The notes: generated by a model not told the origin, from the letters alone. Counted from the first letter of the stretch, positions 9,102-19,750 are shown. The stretch is DNA of 64,000 bases from an uncultured Rhodobacter sp. (GCA_964637875.1 CAZWXK010000008.1:4222-68221), one strand, 5' to 3'. Made by a program: numbers and translations.

Positions 9102-10571
9102 CTAACCGATATCCAGGCACAGATATTTCATTTCCAGATATTCATCGATCCCGTGATGCGACCCCTCGCGCCCCAGGCCCGATTGCTTGACCCCGCCAAA
9201 AGGCGCAACCTCGGTTGAAATCAGGCCGGTGTTGATGCCGACCATGCCATATTCCAGCGCCTCGGCGACCCGGTGGATACGACCCACGTCACGGGCATAG
9301 AAATAGGATGCCAGCCCGAAAATCGTGTCATTGGCCTGGCGGATCACGTCGTCTTCGTCCTTGAAGCGGAACAGAGGCGCCACCGGGCCGAAGGTTTCGT
9401 CATTTGTCACCATCATGTCGGGGGTCACATCGGTCAGGATGGTGGGCTCGAAAAACGTGCCGCCCAGCGCGTGGCGCTTGCCGCCGGCTGCGATATGCGC
9501 GCCCTTGGCCACGGCGTCGGCGATATGTTCCTCGACCTTTTTCACCGCGTCCTCGGTGATCAGGGGGCCGGTGGTCACGCCCTCGTCAAAGCCGTCGCCG
9601 ACCTTGATGCGGGCAACCGCAGCGGCCAGTTTTTCGGCAAATGCGTCATAGACACCTTCCTGCACATAGATGCGGTTGGCGCAGACGCAGGTCTGCCCGT
9701 TGTTGCGGTATTTCGAGATCATGGCGCCCTCGACCGCGGCATCCAGATCGGCGTCGTCGAACACGATGAAGGGCGCGTTGCCGCCCAGCTCCATCGAGGT
9801 TTTCATCACCTGATCCGCCGCCTGGCGCAGCAGGATGCGCCCGACCTCGGTGGATCCGGTGAATGTCAGCTTGCGCACGATGGGGTTTTCGCAGAATTCC
9901 TTGCCGATGGCCGAGGATTTCGTCGAGGTAACGATGCTCAGCACCCCTTTGGGCAGGCCGGCGCGCTCGGCCAGCAGGCCCATGGCCAGCGCCGAAAGCG
10001 GTGTTTCCGATGCGGGCCGCGCTACAAAGCCGCAGCCCACCGCCAGCGCCGGGGCCACCTTGCGCGCGATCATGGCGTTGGGAAAATTCCATGGCGTGAT
10101 CGAGGCGGCAACGCCGATGGGTTGCTTGATGACGGTGATGCGCTTGTCGCGCTGGTGGCCGGGGATGGTTTCGCCATAGACGCGCTTGGCCTCTTCGGAA
10201 AACCATTCGACAAACGAGGCCCCATACAGGACCTCGCCCCTGGCCTCGGGCAGGGGCTTGCCCATCTCGGCGGTCAGGATGGCGCCCAGATCATCGGCAT
10301 TTTCGACCATCAGATCATACCACCGGCGCAGGATGGCCGCGCGTTCCTTGCCGGTGCGCGCTGCCCATTCGCGCCGCGCCGCATCGGCCGCCTCGATCGC
10401 GCGTCGGGTTTCGGCAATGCCCAGATCAGGCACCCGGCAGATGACCTGCCCGTTGGCCGGGTTGATTACCGCGAATGTCGCGCCGTCGTCGGCATCCACC
10501 CATTCGCCGGCGACAAATGCCCTGGTGCAGAGCAGCGTCGGGTCTTTCAGAAAATCCTGTAGTGTGGCCAT
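9102..10571 (-). CDS. gabD: NAD(P)-dependent succinate-semialdehyde dehydrogenase
   Basis: Aldehyde dehydrogenase family with ELGGNAPFIVFDDADLD and the catalytic Cys region NGQTCVCANR. The start is taken at MATLQDF, preceded by GGGGGA. Confidence 0.85.
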   Translation of the reverse strand: MATLQDFLKDPTLLCTRAFVAGEWVDADDGATFAVINPANGQVICRVPDLGIAETRRAIEAADAARREWAARTGKERAAILRRWYDLMVENADDLGAILTAEMGKPLPEARGEVLYGASFVEWFSEEAKRVYGETIPGHQRDKRITVIKQPIGVAASITPWNFPNAMIARKVAPALAVGCGFVARPASETPLSALAMGLLAERAGLPKGVLSIVTSTKSSAIGKEFCENPIVRKLTFTGSTEVGRILLRQAADQVMKTSMELGGNAPFIVFDDADLDAAVEGAMISKYRNNGQTCVCANRIYVQEGVYDAFAEKLAAAVARIKVGDGFDEGVTTGPLITEDAVKKVEEHIADAVAKGAHIAAGGKRHALGGTFFEPTILTDVTPDMMVTNDETFGPVAPLFRFKDEDDVIRQANDTIFGLASYFYARDVGRIHRVAEALEYGMVGINTGLISTEVAPFGGVKQSGLGREGSHHGIDEYLEMKYLCLDIG

Positions 10572-10680
10572 GTTTTCCCCCATTTCAATGCCCGTTCATC
10601 CATCGAAAATCGGTCTTTCACAAATGCCTTTCCTTAGCAAGGGGATGCAGGGATACTGTGATCCGAGGGAGGGAAAGGAA

Positions 10681-11493
10681 ATGGCAGCATTCGACCTGGA
10701 TGACGCTTATGCTAACGGAAAATACATTGTGGGGGCGGCAGACTATCCACCCCGCTGGGCGGGGCTGGCAAAAGCGTTCCGTGCCCGGATGGAGGCCGCC
10801 GGCCGGGCCGATCTGGACATGGAATACGGTCCCCATCCGCGCCAGAAGCTGGACCTGTTCCTTCCATCGGCCGCGCTGCGCGGACTGGTGGTGTTCGTGC
10901 ATGGCGGCTACTGGCGTTCTTTCGACAAATCTTCGTGGTCGCATCTGGCGACCGGGGCGCTGGCGCATGACATGGCGGTGGCAATCCCCGGTTATGTTCT
11001 GGCGCCCGAGGCCCGGATTCGGGAAATTACCCATCAGGTTGCCCGCGCGATCGACATGGTGGCGGGCAGGATTGCGGGGCCGATTTACCTGACTGGTCAT
11101 TCCGCCGGGGGGCATCTGGTTACCCGGATGCTGTGCGCCGACATTGACTGGTCCTGCTGTTTTTCCGCTCGACTGAAGCGGGTCGTTTCGATTTCCGGTT
11201 TGCACGACCTGCGCCCCTTGATGCAGACAGAAATGAACGCAGATCTGCGCCTGGACAAGGACGAGGCACGCAGCGAAAGCCCCATGTTGCACGATGACGT
11301 TCTGCCAGTGCCCGTGGTGGCCTGGGTCGGTGGGGATGAACGTCCGGCCTTTATCGACCAGGCGCGGCGTCTGGCCGCCACATGGCCCAATGCGGAAATG
11401 GTCATCGAGCCGGGCAAACATCATTTCAACGTGATCGACGGGCTTGTCCGGCCTGACAGTCCCCTGGTGCGGGCCCTTGTCGATCAGGACTGA
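10681..11493 (+). CDS. Alpha/beta hydrolase (arylformamidase / kynurenine-formamidase-like)
   Basis: ATG at 10681 with GGGAGGGAAAGGAA upstream. It has the HGGYW oxyanion motif and the GHSAGGH nucleophile elbow. Confidence 0.65.
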   Translation: MAAFDLDDAYANGKYIVGAADYPPRWAGLAKAFRARMEAAGRADLDMEYGPHPRQKLDLFLPSAALRGLVVFVHGGYWRSFDKSSWSHLATGALAHDMAVAIPGYVLAPEARIREITHQVARAIDMVAGRIAGPIYLTGHSAGGHLVTRMLCADIDWSCCFSARLKRVVSISGLHDLRPLMQTEMNADLRLDKDEARSESPMLHDDVLPVPVVAWVGGDERPAFIDQARRLAATWPNAEMVIEPGKHHFNVIDGLVRPDSPLVRALVDQD

Positions 11494-11870
11494 AGGCCGC
11501 GCGGCCCCTGAACCAGGTCGTCGTCGCCCAGATAGCAGCCCATCCTGACCTCGATCATGTGCAGATCGATATGTCCCGGATTGGCAATTCCATGTGTCTC
11601 GCCGATTCCGATATCGAGTGATTCGCCCTCGAACAGGTCGAATGTCCGGTCGTTCTTTTCCACACGGCCCGAGCCCGCGACAACAAGCCAGTGCTCGACC
11701 CGATGCAGATGACATTCAAGACGCAAGGCCCTGCCCGGATGAATGATGACATGGCGCACGCTGTATCGTTCCTGTTCGAGCAGGCGAAAGCTGCTACCCC
11801 AATCATGGGACTGCCAGATACCTGGCAGGGCGGGGTCTTGCGGGCTGAGGGTCTTGAGCGGGATGTTCAT
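11484..11870 (-). CDS. Cupin-domain protein (phosphomannose isomerase type II C-terminal cupin-like)
   Basis: HxHxxxEHW-type motif (CHLHRVEHWLVVAG) and GETHGIANPG, ending YLGDDDLV. Confidence 0.7.
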   Translation of the reverse strand: MNIPLKTLSPQDPALPGIWQSHDWGSSFRLLEQERYSVRHVIIHPGRALRLECHLHRVEHWLVVAGSGRVEKNDRTFDLFEGESLDIGIGETHGIANPGHIDLHMIEVRMGCYLGDDDLVQGPRGLQS

Positions 11871-11983
11871 GGCATGCCCCCGTATCACTGTGGCGCAACT
11901 CGTTTTCAGGTCGGTTCAGGGGTAGGAACGCAACGTAAATGAAGGGTTAATTCGGCCGAGAAAATTGAATTGTTTCCGCAATA

Positions 11984-12979
11984 TCAACAATTACCGTATT
12001 TTTGTTGCCATGTGGGCAACAGATCGCCGGTGGCGCTGCGGGCGTGCCATATGCCGCGCGCAATTGCTCGGGCCAGACATATGGCCCCCGCATGGCCCAG
12101 CAACAATGGGTCGCGCATGGGGTCCCGCAATGCCTTTTCACCGGTGGCAACGGCAAAGACGAGATCTCCGTCAAAGGGGGTATGACTGGGAAAGATCGCT
12201 CGAGCCATGCCATCATGGGCGGCCACAGCCAGGCGTGTTGCCTGGGCCTGGGTCAGGATGGCATCGGTCGCAATGATCGCGATGGTGGTATTTGCGCCCA
12301 TTTCGGCAAACGGATCGGGCTCGACCGTCGGGTCGATGTCATGGCGGATTCCCCGGCCGCCGAACTCGGCGCCGATTTCGAAAGGGGCGGCCCAGAATTC
12401 GCCACCCGCGCCGGAAACGACCGAGCCCAGCGGGTTCGCCGCAACCAGTGCCCCCACCGTCAGGCCGTTTCCCAGAACCAGCGAGGCCGAACCCAGCCCC
12501 CCCTTGAGCGCCCCTGCCGTGGCTCCGGTTCCGGCGCCTTCTGACCCCAGGGAAAACGACGCGCCGGCAGCATCGAGTGCGGCCATGCCCAGTGCCTTGT
12601 AAGGGTTTTCAGTCCAGTTCTTTTCACCCCCGTTCAGCAGATCGAACAGGATTGCGCCGGGCACGATCGGCACGCGCGCCGGGCCAACGGCAAATCCCCG
12701 CCCCTGTGCACGCAGACTGTCGGCAACGCCCGAGGCCGCGTCCAGCCCGAAGGCCGATCCTCCGGACAATACCAGCGCGTCGACCTCCTGCACCAGCTTG
12801 TCAGGTGCCAGAAGATCGCTCTCGCGCGTGCCCGGTGCGCCGCCCATGACGTGCATGCCGGCCGTCATCGGGCGCTCGCCCAGCAGTACCGTGCAGCCCG
12901 ATTTCAGCCGGTCGTCACGGGCGTTTCCAACCCTGAGGCCGGCAATGTCGGTAATCAGGTTGCGTTTGCCGGGCTTCAT
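11984..12979 (-). CDS. P1/DmpA (S58) family aminopeptidase
   Basis: MKPGKRNLITDIAGLRVGN at the N-terminus, then GGAPGTRE and SGGSAFGLDAA motifs. The start at 12979 abuts the ribD stop. Confidence 0.75.
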   Translation of the reverse strand: MKPGKRNLITDIAGLRVGNARDDRLKSGCTVLLGERPMTAGMHVMGGAPGTRESDLLAPDKLVQEVDALVLSGGSAFGLDAASGVADSLRAQGRGFAVGPARVPIVPGAILFDLLNGGEKNWTENPYKALGMAALDAAGASFSLGSEGAGTGATAGALKGGLGSASLVLGNGLTVGALVAANPLGSVVSGAGGEFWAAPFEIGAEFGGRGIRHDIDPTVEPDPFAEMGANTTIAIIATDAILTQAQATRLAVAAHDGMARAIFPSHTPFDGDLVFAVATGEKALRDPMRDPLLLGHAGAICLARAIARGIWHARSATGDLLPTWQQKYGNC

Positions 12980-12980
12980 C

Positions 12981-14096
12981 TCAACCTCCCTGCCGACGGC
13001 TCCATACATGCATGACATCAGGCCCGACAACATGCACCCGGGTCAGCGAGAAGCGATGGTGTTCGTCCAGCGACATGCCGGGCAGCGCGCCGATTGCGGG
13101 CCGTCCATCGGCCCCCAGAACCAGGCCGGCGGTAAAGCCGACCATCCTGTCAACCATGTCCTCGGCCAGAAGGCTGGCCGCCAGTTGCCCGCCCCCCTCG
13201 CAGAAAAGGCGGGTCAGGCCGCGCTGACCCAGCCGGTGCAGGACATCCACGATGTCCAGCCCGTCTGCGCCGGCACGACATTCGATCAATGCCGCACCTG
13301 TTGCATGCCAGTTTTCGCGTGCCCTGGCCGGGGCATCGCTGCCGTGGCACATCCAGAGGGGAACGTCACGCGCCGACCTGCCCAGCCTGCCCGACGGATC
13401 GACGGACAGGCGCGTGTCACAGACCACCCGCACCGGCTGCCACGACATTCCCAGACCGCGGACCGTCAGCATCGGGTCGTCGGCACGGGCAGTGCCCCCG
13501 CCCACCATGACCGCATCATGGGTTGCGCGCAGGAAATGAACCTGCCTCCGGGCATCCGGCCCGGTGATCCAGCGGCTCTCGCCCGAGGCGGTTGCGATAC
13601 GCCCGTCAAATGATGTCGCCAGCTTCAGCGTGACCATGGGGCGGCCGTCCGTGACCCGCCGCAGGAATCCGGTGTGATCCTGTCGGGCGGCATCTGTCAG
13701 GCATCCGGTTTCCACCCGCAGCCCGGCACTTCGCATCCGTTCGATACCCTTGCCTTGTACGCGTGGGTCCGGGTCCTGCATGGCGCAGACCACGCGGGCG
13801 ATCCCGGCATCGATCAGCGCATCCGCGCAGGGCGGTGTCTTGCCGTGATGGGCACAGGGTTCGAGCGTGACATAGGCGGTGGCGCCCCGCGCGGCCTTGC
13901 CCGCCTGCGCCAGCGCCATGACCTCGCCATGAGGGCGGCCGCCGGGCTGGGTCCAGCCCCGGCCCACAACCCGGCCATCCCTGACGATCACGCAGCCCAC
14001 CGCCGGGTTGGGCCAGGTACGGCCAAGGCCCCGGCGGCCCAGCGACAGGGACAGCCTCATCCAGCGTTCGTCGGCCGGATCACCCCCCATGATCAA
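12981..14096 (-). CDS. ribD: Bifunctional riboflavin biosynthesis deaminase/reductase RibD
   Basis: Deaminase zinc motifs HGEVMAL and [11 protein letters not shown], plus a C-terminal reductase domain. ATGA overlap with the nrdR stop. Confidence 0.9.
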   Translation of the reverse strand: MIMGGDPADERWMRLSLSLGRRGLGRTWPNPAVGCVIVRDGRVVGRGWTQPGGRPHGEVMALAQAGKAARGATAYVTLEPCAHHGKTPPCADALIDAGIARVVCAMQDPDPRVQGKGIERMRSAGLRVETGCLTDAARQDHTGFLRRVTDGRPMVTLKLATSFDGRIATASGESRWITGPDARRQVHFLRATHDAVMVGGGTARADDPMLTVRGLGMSWQPVRVVCDTRLSVDPSGRLGRSARDVPLWMCHGSDAPARARENWHATGAALIECRAGADGLDIVDVLHRLGQRGLTRLFCEGGGQLAASLLAEDMVDRMVGFTAGLVLGADGRPAIGALPGMSLDEHHRFSLTRVHVVGPDVMHVWSRRQGG

Positions 14097-14560
14097 TCGT
14101 CATCGGGTTGCGGCGGACGCAGTTCGTGGACGAATTCCTCGAAATCGTCGGCGGCCTGGAAATTCTTGTACACGCTGGCAAAGCGCACATAGGCAACGGT
14201 ATCGATGCGTGCCAGCGTTTCCATCACGATGGTGCCGATCTTTTCCGACTGGATATCGGTTTCGCCAAGGGATTCCAGCCTGCGCACGATGCCCGAGATC
14301 ATCTGGTCGATCCGCTCGGGGTCCAGAGGCCTTTTTTGCATTGCGATGCGAATCGAACGCTCCAGCTTGTCACGGTCGAATTCTTCGCGTTTGCCGTTCT
14401 TCTTGATGACGACGAGATCACGCAGCTGGACCCGCTCGTAGGTGGTAAAACGTCCGCCGCAGGCGGGGCAGGCACGGCGCCGGCGGATCGCGATATGATC
14501 TTCGGCCGGGCGGCTGTCCTTTACCTGAGTATCGATATTCCCGCAAAATGGGCAACGCAT
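14093..14560 (-). CDS. nrdR: Transcriptional repressor NrdR
   Basis: Zinc ribbon MRCPFCG...[10 protein letters not shown] followed by an ATP-cone. The nrdR-ribD arrangement is conserved. Confidence 0.95.
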   Translation of the reverse strand: MRCPFCGNIDTQVKDSRPAEDHIAIRRRRACPACGGRFTTYERVQLRDLVVIKKNGKREEFDRDKLERSIRIAMQKRPLDPERIDQMISGIVRRLESLGETDIQSEKIGTIVMETLARIDTVAYVRFASVYKNFQAADDFEEFVHELRPPQPDDD

Positions 14561-14705
14561 GACCGTATTTCCTCGTTTTCAGCCTGCTGGATGAGCGGCA
14601 CTATAAGGGCGCTTCAACTCTTTGTGTAGGGGGTATGCACCGCCACAACATGCAGCAGCCGGAAAAGCCATCTGCAGGGTGCGCAAGCAGGGCGCAGGGG
14701 GGCGG

Positions 14706-15128
14706 TCAGCCGGTCGAAAGATGCGCCATGACCCGCCTTTGATGCGGCCTGTCGCGGTGTTCGAACAGAAAGACGCCCTGCCATGTTCCCAGCGCCATGC
14801 GCCCTCCTGATACGGGAATCGACAGGCTGACCGGCAGGATCGCCGCCTTGATATGGGCAGGCATGTCATCGGGGCCCTCGCTGACATGGCGGATATAGTG
14901 CATGGTCGGATCACTGCCGGGCGGGACGAGGCGGCGAAAGAAGGCTTGCAGGTCGGCCTGAACCTGTGGGTCGGCATTTTCCTGTATGACCAGCGAACAG
15001 GATGTATGACGCACGAAAAGCGTCAGCAAGGCATCATCGATTGCCTGGCCGTGCAGCCAGCCCTCGATCTGGCGGGTGAACTCGTACAGGCCGGGGCCAT
15101 TGGTGCCTATGGTGAATGTCGCCTGCAT
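14706..15128 (-). CDS. yjbQ: YjbQ/UPF0047 family protein (secondary thiamine-phosphate synthase)
   Basis: 140 aa with the HTSCSLVIQEN and HIKAAILP motifs of the family. It lies 33 nt downstream of ubiV on the same strand. Confidence 0.8.
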   Translation of the reverse strand: MQATFTIGTNGPGLYEFTRQIEGWLHGQAIDDALLTLFVRHTSCSLVIQENADPQVQADLQAFFRRLVPPGSDPTMHYIRHVSEGPDDMPAHIKAAILPVSLSIPVSGGRMALGTWQGVFLFEHRDRPHQRRVMAHLSTG

Positions 15129-15161
15129 GGGGTGCAGGATACATGCCTTGTGCAGCCGTCG

Positions 15162-16085
15162 TCAAAGACTCTCGAGTGCGCGTTCCTGCGCCACTTTGCG
15201 CACCCCGGCCTGCCCGTGCCAGAAACCGTTGGCAAAGGGCGCCGGCAGGTTCAACGAGTCCAGCTGTTTCTGCCCCTCTTCCGGGGTGATCTTGCCGTCC
15301 AGCGCATCGCGCCAGATCCTGGCGACCGCCACCATGTCGACATTTTGGGGAACCAGCCGGAAATGGGTGATTCCCATCTCGCGCAGCTGTGGCAGCTCGG
15401 CCATCAGGTTGACATATTTGTGTGAAAGCGTCTGGATGCCGTTGATGGCCAGAAAATCGTTGCCGTCAAGTGTGCGCAGCGGCATGCCATCGGGGTCCAG
15501 TTCGCAGACGAACTGGCAGTTGTCCTTGATCCGGCCATGGGCGCGGGCGTGATAGCAGCGCGCGGAAAGCGCCAGCTGGGCACGACCAAAGACCTGAACC
15601 TCGATGCCGACCTCCAGCTTTCGTGCCGCCCTGGCCATGACCGCGACCGCGCTTCCGGGCAGTTCGGTCGGCATGGCGAAATGGGTTGCCCCCCTGGCAG
15701 CGAGGTAGCGCATGGTTTCCTCGTTGTAGACATTCATCAGGGGGCCGACTCGAAATGCCCGCCCATCGAGATGCCAGAGAGCGGACGCATCGTTTATCTC
15801 GATCTCGTGCTCGTCCATTTCGCAGAATCCGGCCATCATCCTGCGTTCGCGTTTCAGCATGATCTCGGCCAGGGACGAAAATACGACCCTCTTGCCTGCT
15901 TTTGTCAGCCGCTGGGCAACATCGTCGTAATATTGCTCGAAAAAGGGCGTGCGCTTTGAACAGACGACTTCGCCGACATGAACCACATCGACAGGTGCCT
16001 CTTCGGCAATGCGGGCATAGAATTCCAGTTTCTTTTCGGCCGGCCAGTGAAACAGGATCGGCCCCATCGTCAGTACGGGTTTCAT
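15162..16085 (-). CDS. ubiV: U32-family protein UbiV (O2-independent ubiquinone hydroxylation)
   Basis: Collinear with E. coli YhbV/UbiV: LGPILFHWP, GEVVCSKR and LSARCYHARAHGRIKDNCQFVC (Fe-S Cys cluster). It follows ubiU. Confidence 0.8.
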   Translation of the reverse strand: MKPVLTMGPILFHWPAEKKLEFYARIAEEAPVDVVHVGEVVCSKRTPFFEQYYDDVAQRLTKAGKRVVFSSLAEIMLKRERRMMAGFCEMDEHEIEINDASALWHLDGRAFRVGPLMNVYNEETMRYLAARGATHFAMPTELPGSAVAVMARAARKLEVGIEVQVFGRAQLALSARCYHARAHGRIKDNCQFVCELDPDGMPLRTLDGNDFLAINGIQTLSHKYVNLMAELPQLREMGITHFRLVPQNVDMVAVARIWRDALDGKITPEEGQKQLDSLNLPAPFANGFWHGQAGVRKVAQERALESL

Positions 16086-16089
16086 TTCA

Positions 16090-17100
16090 TCACCGCCATG
16101 TCTTGCTCTTGAACGCGCCCTCGGTCTGTTTCTGGCCTTCGGTCAGGGCGATGAGATCGGCAAGGGGTGGTTCCTCGCCGGCCATGATCGCATCGACCGC
16201 CTTGCGAAAGGACGACACCACATTGCGCACATAGGCGCGCGAGCGCTGACGCCCCTCGATCTTGAGCGCATTTACCCCCGCAGCCATCAGCTCGGGCAGC
16301 AGGGATGACAGGTTCAGGCTGATCGGTTCCTCGAACGCGTAATAGCCCTTGTCGCGCGCAGGCGTCAGATAGCGGCCCTTGCAGATGGTGGGATAGCCGG
16401 CGGTCTCGGAACAGGAAAAGCAGTCGATGGTGAAATCGCCCAGCCGGGTCGAAAGATTGCCATCATCGTCGCGGCGATATTCCACATCGGCGGCAGGCGA
16501 ACATACGCCGTCGTAATTGGTGGACTGTCCCGTGATGTAGTTGGTCAGCGAGCAACGCCCCTCGACCATCAGGCCGTGGTTGCCAAAGATGAAGGTTTCG
16601 ATTTCGCAGGGGATCTCGGCCGCGATTTCCCTGATTTCCGAAACGGTCAGGATGCGTGGCAGCACCACGCGCCTGACGCCGAATTCGCGGCAATACCAGC
16701 GTATCGCCTCGGGGCTCGAGGCCGCGGCCTGCACCGACAGGTGCAGCCGGATGTCGGGGTGATTGCGGGCGATATAGTCTGCCACGCCAATATCGGCGAC
16801 GATAAAGGCATCGACACCAAGGCGCGCGCCCAGATCGACCGCATCACGCCACAGATCGACCTTGCCCGCGGGCGGAAAGGTGTTGATTGCCAGCAGCACC
16901 TTGGTGCCGTTTTCGTGGGCGTGCCCAATCCCCCGGCCCAGCTCGTCAGGGGTAAAGTTGAGGCCCGGAAAGTTGCGTGCATTGGTTGCGTTCTGAAAGC
17001 CGCAATAGACGGCGTCGGCGCCCGCCTCGACGGCGGTACGCATGGCGGCGGGGGTGCCGGCCGGGCAGACCAGTTCTGGCGCTCTCATGCTTGTCCTCAT
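16090..17100 (-). CDS. ubiU: U32-family protein UbiU (O2-independent ubiquinone hydroxylation)
   Basis: Strong collinearity with E. coli YhbU/UbiU: ELVCPAG, GADAVYCG, NARNF.GLNF, GYPTICKGRY and LKIEGRQRS. Confidence 0.85.
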   Translation of the reverse strand: MRTSMRAPELVCPAGTPAAMRTAVEAGADAVYCGFQNATNARNFPGLNFTPDELGRGIGHAHENGTKVLLAINTFPPAGKVDLWRDAVDLGARLGVDAFIVADIGVADYIARNHPDIRLHLSVQAAASSPEAIRWYCREFGVRRVVLPRILTVSEIREIAAEIPCEIETFIFGNHGLMVEGRCSLTNYITGQSTNYDGVCSPAADVEYRRDDDGNLSTRLGDFTIDCFSCSETAGYPTICKGRYLTPARDKGYYAFEEPISLNLSSLLPELMAAGVNALKIEGRQRSRAYVRNVVSSFRKAVDAIMAGEEPPLADLIALTEGQKQTEGAFKSKTWR

Positions 17101-17621
17101 GATTTCTTGCGTGCGCTGGCGCGTCTGAGTGCCGAAAGCATGGCGCGGCCGGGCGGGCCGAACATGTCGGCGACGGACTGCGCGATCGAACCATCGACAT
17201 CATCCAGCGCATTGCGCAGGCAGACCACGGCCTCGGTGTTGCCGGTGATGGTGAGATCGCGCGAAAAGAACAGGGCATCGCCATCGGCATCGCCATCGAC
17301 CAGCCCCAGAAGATCGAGAAACCCACCGCGGATTTCGGCGTCGGCCGCGGGTTTGCGCCTGCGTGCGACGGCCCGGAACAACAGGTCCTCGGGGTCGGGA
17401 CGCAGATGCAGCACAAAGGGCAGGCCGATCACGTCGATGATGAAATCTGCCGACTTGTGCGGCCCCAGCCTGTTGAACATGTCGGGATTCTGCATCGCGA
17501 CCCGCGTCACGATCCTTTTCAGGATCGGTTGCAGCAGAAACAGAGGCAGCGGCGGCACCGGCAGGAATGGGCGCGCCCTGGTATCGTTGCCAGTGGGCGG
17601 ATAGGGAGTCACGGGTTCCAT
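17097..17621 (-). CDS. ubiT: SCP2-domain lipid-binding protein UbiT
   Basis: 174 aa, the same length and layout as E. coli YhbT/UbiT, with an SCP2 core (LTITGNTEAVVCLRNALD). ATGA overlap with the ubiU start. Confidence 0.75.
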   Translation of the reverse strand: MEPVTPYPPTGNDTRARPFLPVPPLPLFLLQPILKRIVTRVAMQNPDMFNRLGPHKSADFIIDVIGLPFVLHLRPDPEDLLFRAVARRRKPAADAEIRGGFLDLLGLVDGDADGDALFFSRDLTITGNTEAVVCLRNALDDVDGSIAQSVADMFGPPGRAMLSALRRASARKKS

Positions 17622-17656
17622 GCGCGCCGCTCTAGACCAATGTGGCGCTGTTGGAA

Positions 17657-17670
17657 TTGACCGCGATCAA
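17657..17670. promoter_or_regulatory. FNR/FnrL-type box TTGAC-CGCG-ATCAA in the ubiT / DUF2478 divergent promoter region
   Basis: Near-perfect match to TTGAT-N4-ATCAA. Its centre lies 42.5 nt from the ubiT ATG. Confidence 0.6.
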
Positions 17671-17830
17671 GAATCGGGCACGAATCCGGATTTTATTCAT
17701 CCTCGCTTGCGTCTGGCCTGGATCCGGCGATCCGACTGTATCCGGCGCCCTGGTGGCGGGGCTTGAAATATCGGGGCAGATGGCGCAGGAGGAGGGGTAT
17801 CCGGGTAACCAGACAACGAGGATCCGACAG

Positions 17831-18349
17831 ATGAAACTGGCCTTCGTGACATCCTCTCAGAGGGGCGAGATCGATCGCCTCCTGTCCGAGACCGCGAAAC
17901 GGCTGGAGGTCGAGGGCATGCGTCTGTCGGGGGTGGTCAAGCTGTTCGAGGACAATCCCGCCCACGATCACGTCTGCGACATGGATCTGAGGGTTCTGCC
18001 CGACGGCCCCGCGATTACCATCACGCAGTCGCTGGGACGCGAGTCGACCTCGTGCCGCCTGAACCCGGCCGCGATCGAAGAGGCCGTCGTCGCCGTCGAA
18101 AGACATGCGCGCGAGGATTCCGAGCTGTTCATCCTGAACAAGTTCGGCCCGCAAGAGGCCGATGGCCATGGCTTCAGGGCAATGATCGGCACGTCGCTCG
18201 AGCGCGACATTCCTGTTCTTCTGGGCGTCGGCCCGACCATGCTGGAGCCTTTCCATGCCTTTGCGGCAGGGCTGGCCGAGGAATTGCCTGACGATCTGGA
18301 TGCGATCCATGACTGGTGCCTTGCCGCAGCGGGCCGGGCGGGCGACTGA
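17831..18349 (+). CDS. DUF2478-family (NTPase-like) protein
   Basis: The start MKLAFVTSSQRGEIDRLL is preceded by GAGGA. The size and sequence are typical of DUF2478. Confidence 0.6.
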   Translation: MKLAFVTSSQRGEIDRLLSETAKRLEVEGMRLSGVVKLFEDNPAHDHVCDMDLRVLPDGPAITITQSLGRESTSCRLNPAAIEEAVVAVERHAREDSELFILNKFGPQEADGHGFRAMIGTSLERDIPVLLGVGPTMLEPFHAFAAGLAEELPDDLDAIHDWCLAAAGRAGD

Positions 18350-18418
18350 TTGCAATGACCCGCCAGAGGGTGTATTCGGCGCCGATGTGAAAATCCGTAT
18401 CAGGATGCAGGTGCCCCG

Positions 18419-19750
18419 ATGCCGCAAAAGCGCAAACTGTTCGTCAAGACCTATGGCTGTCAGATGAATGTCTATGACAGCGAGCGGATGGAATCCGCGC
18501 TGGGCGTTTCAGGCTATGAGGCGACCGATACGCCGGATGATGCCGATCTGATCCTGCTGAACACCTGCCATATCCGCGAAAAAGCCGCCGAAAAGGTGTA
18601 TTCCGAACTGGGGCGTTTCAAGCCGCTCAAGGCCGATAATCCCGACCTCAAGATTGCCGTTGCCGGCTGCGTTGCCCAGGCCGAGGGCGAGGAAATCATC
18701 CGCCGCCAGCCCATGGTCGATATCGTCGTCGGCCCGCAGGCCTATCACCGCCTGCCGGCGCTGGAAAAATCGGCGCGCGCGGGCGAAAAGGTGATCGACA
18801 CCGATTTCCCCGAGGAGGACAAGTTCGACCATCTGCCCCGGCGCGCCGCCCCCGGCCCCCGGATGCGTCGTGCGCCCGCGGCATTTCTGACGGTGCAGGA
18901 AGGTTGTGACAAGTTCTGCGCCTTTTGCGTCGTTCCCTATACCCGCGGCATGGAGGTCAGCCGTCCGCCCGAACGCATCCTGGCCGAGGCGCGCGATCTG
19001 GTTGCGCGCGGCGTGGTCGAGATCACCCTGTTGGGCCAGAACGTCAACGCCTATCACGGCGCGGGCGAGGGGGGCGACTGGTCGCTTGCCCGCCTGATCC
19101 GCGAGCTGGCCCGCATTGACGGGCTGGAACGCATCCGTTTCACCACCAGCCACCCCAATGACATGCGCGACGACCTGATCGCCGCCTTTGGCGAGGTGGA
19201 CAAGCTGATGCCCTATCTGCATCTGCCGGTGCAGTCGGGTTCTGACAAGATCCTCAAGGCGATGAACCGCAGGCATACCGCCGAAAGCTATATCCGGCTG
19301 ATCGAGCGCATCCGCGCCGCGCGGCCCGATCTGTTGTTGTCGGGCGATTTCATCGTCGGCTTTCCGGGCGAGACCGAGGCCGATTTTCAGGACACGATGG
19401 CCCTGGTCGAGACGGTGAAATACGGGCAGGCCTACAGCTTCAAGTACTCGGCCCGTCCCGGCACCCCCGCGGCCGAGCGGGACGAGGTTTCGCCTGTGGA
19501 CAAGTCCGACCGCCTGGCCCGCTTGCAGGCGCTCCTGACGGCCCAGCAAAGGGACGCGCAGGATGCGATGGTCGGGCGCGAGGTGAAGGTTCTGTTCGAA
19601 AGGCCGGGCCGCATGGAGGGCCAGCTTGTCGGCAAGAGCGAGCACCTACATGCTGTGTATGCGCAGGCGGATTCCTCCAGCCTTGGTAGGGTTGTGGCGG
19701 TCCGCATCACAGAATCAGGCCCGAATTCGTTGGCCGGCGAGGTTGTCTGA
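18419..19750 (+). CDS. miaB: tRNA-2-methylthio-N6-dimethylallyladenosine synthase MiaB
   Basis: MTTase N-terminal domain (KTYGCQMN), radical-SAM [11 protein letters not shown] motif and a C-terminal TRAM domain. Confidence 0.95.
   Translation: MPQKRKLFVKTYGCQMNVYDSERMESALGVSGYEATDTPDDADLILLNTCHIREKAAEKVYSELGRFKPLKADNPDLKIAVAGCVAQAEGEEIIRRQPMVDIVVGPQAYHRLPALEKSARAGEKVIDTDFPEEDKFDHLPRRAAPGPRMRRAPAAFLTVQEGCDKFCAFCVVPYTRGMEVSRPPERILAEARDLVARGVVEITLLGQNVNAYHGAGEGGDWSLARLIRELARIDGLERIRFTTSHPNDMRDDLIAAFGEVDKLMPYLHLPVQSGSDKILKAMNRRHTAESYIRLIERIRAARPDLLLSGDFIVGFPGETEADFQDTMALVETVKYGQAYSFKYSARPGTPAAERDEVSPVDKSDRLARLQALLTAQQRDAQDAMVGREVKVLFERPGRMEGQLVGKSEHLHAVYAQADSSSLGRVVAVRITESGPNSLAGEVV

Noticed and set aside
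14561-14705. NrdR boxes or autoregulation upstream of nrdR
   Set aside because: Only weak partial resemblances to the NrdR-box palindrome are present (CTACACAAAGAG and CCTTATAGTG), with no tandem pair at the expected spacing. A TACACA-N17-TATAGT promoter is plausible but unsupported.
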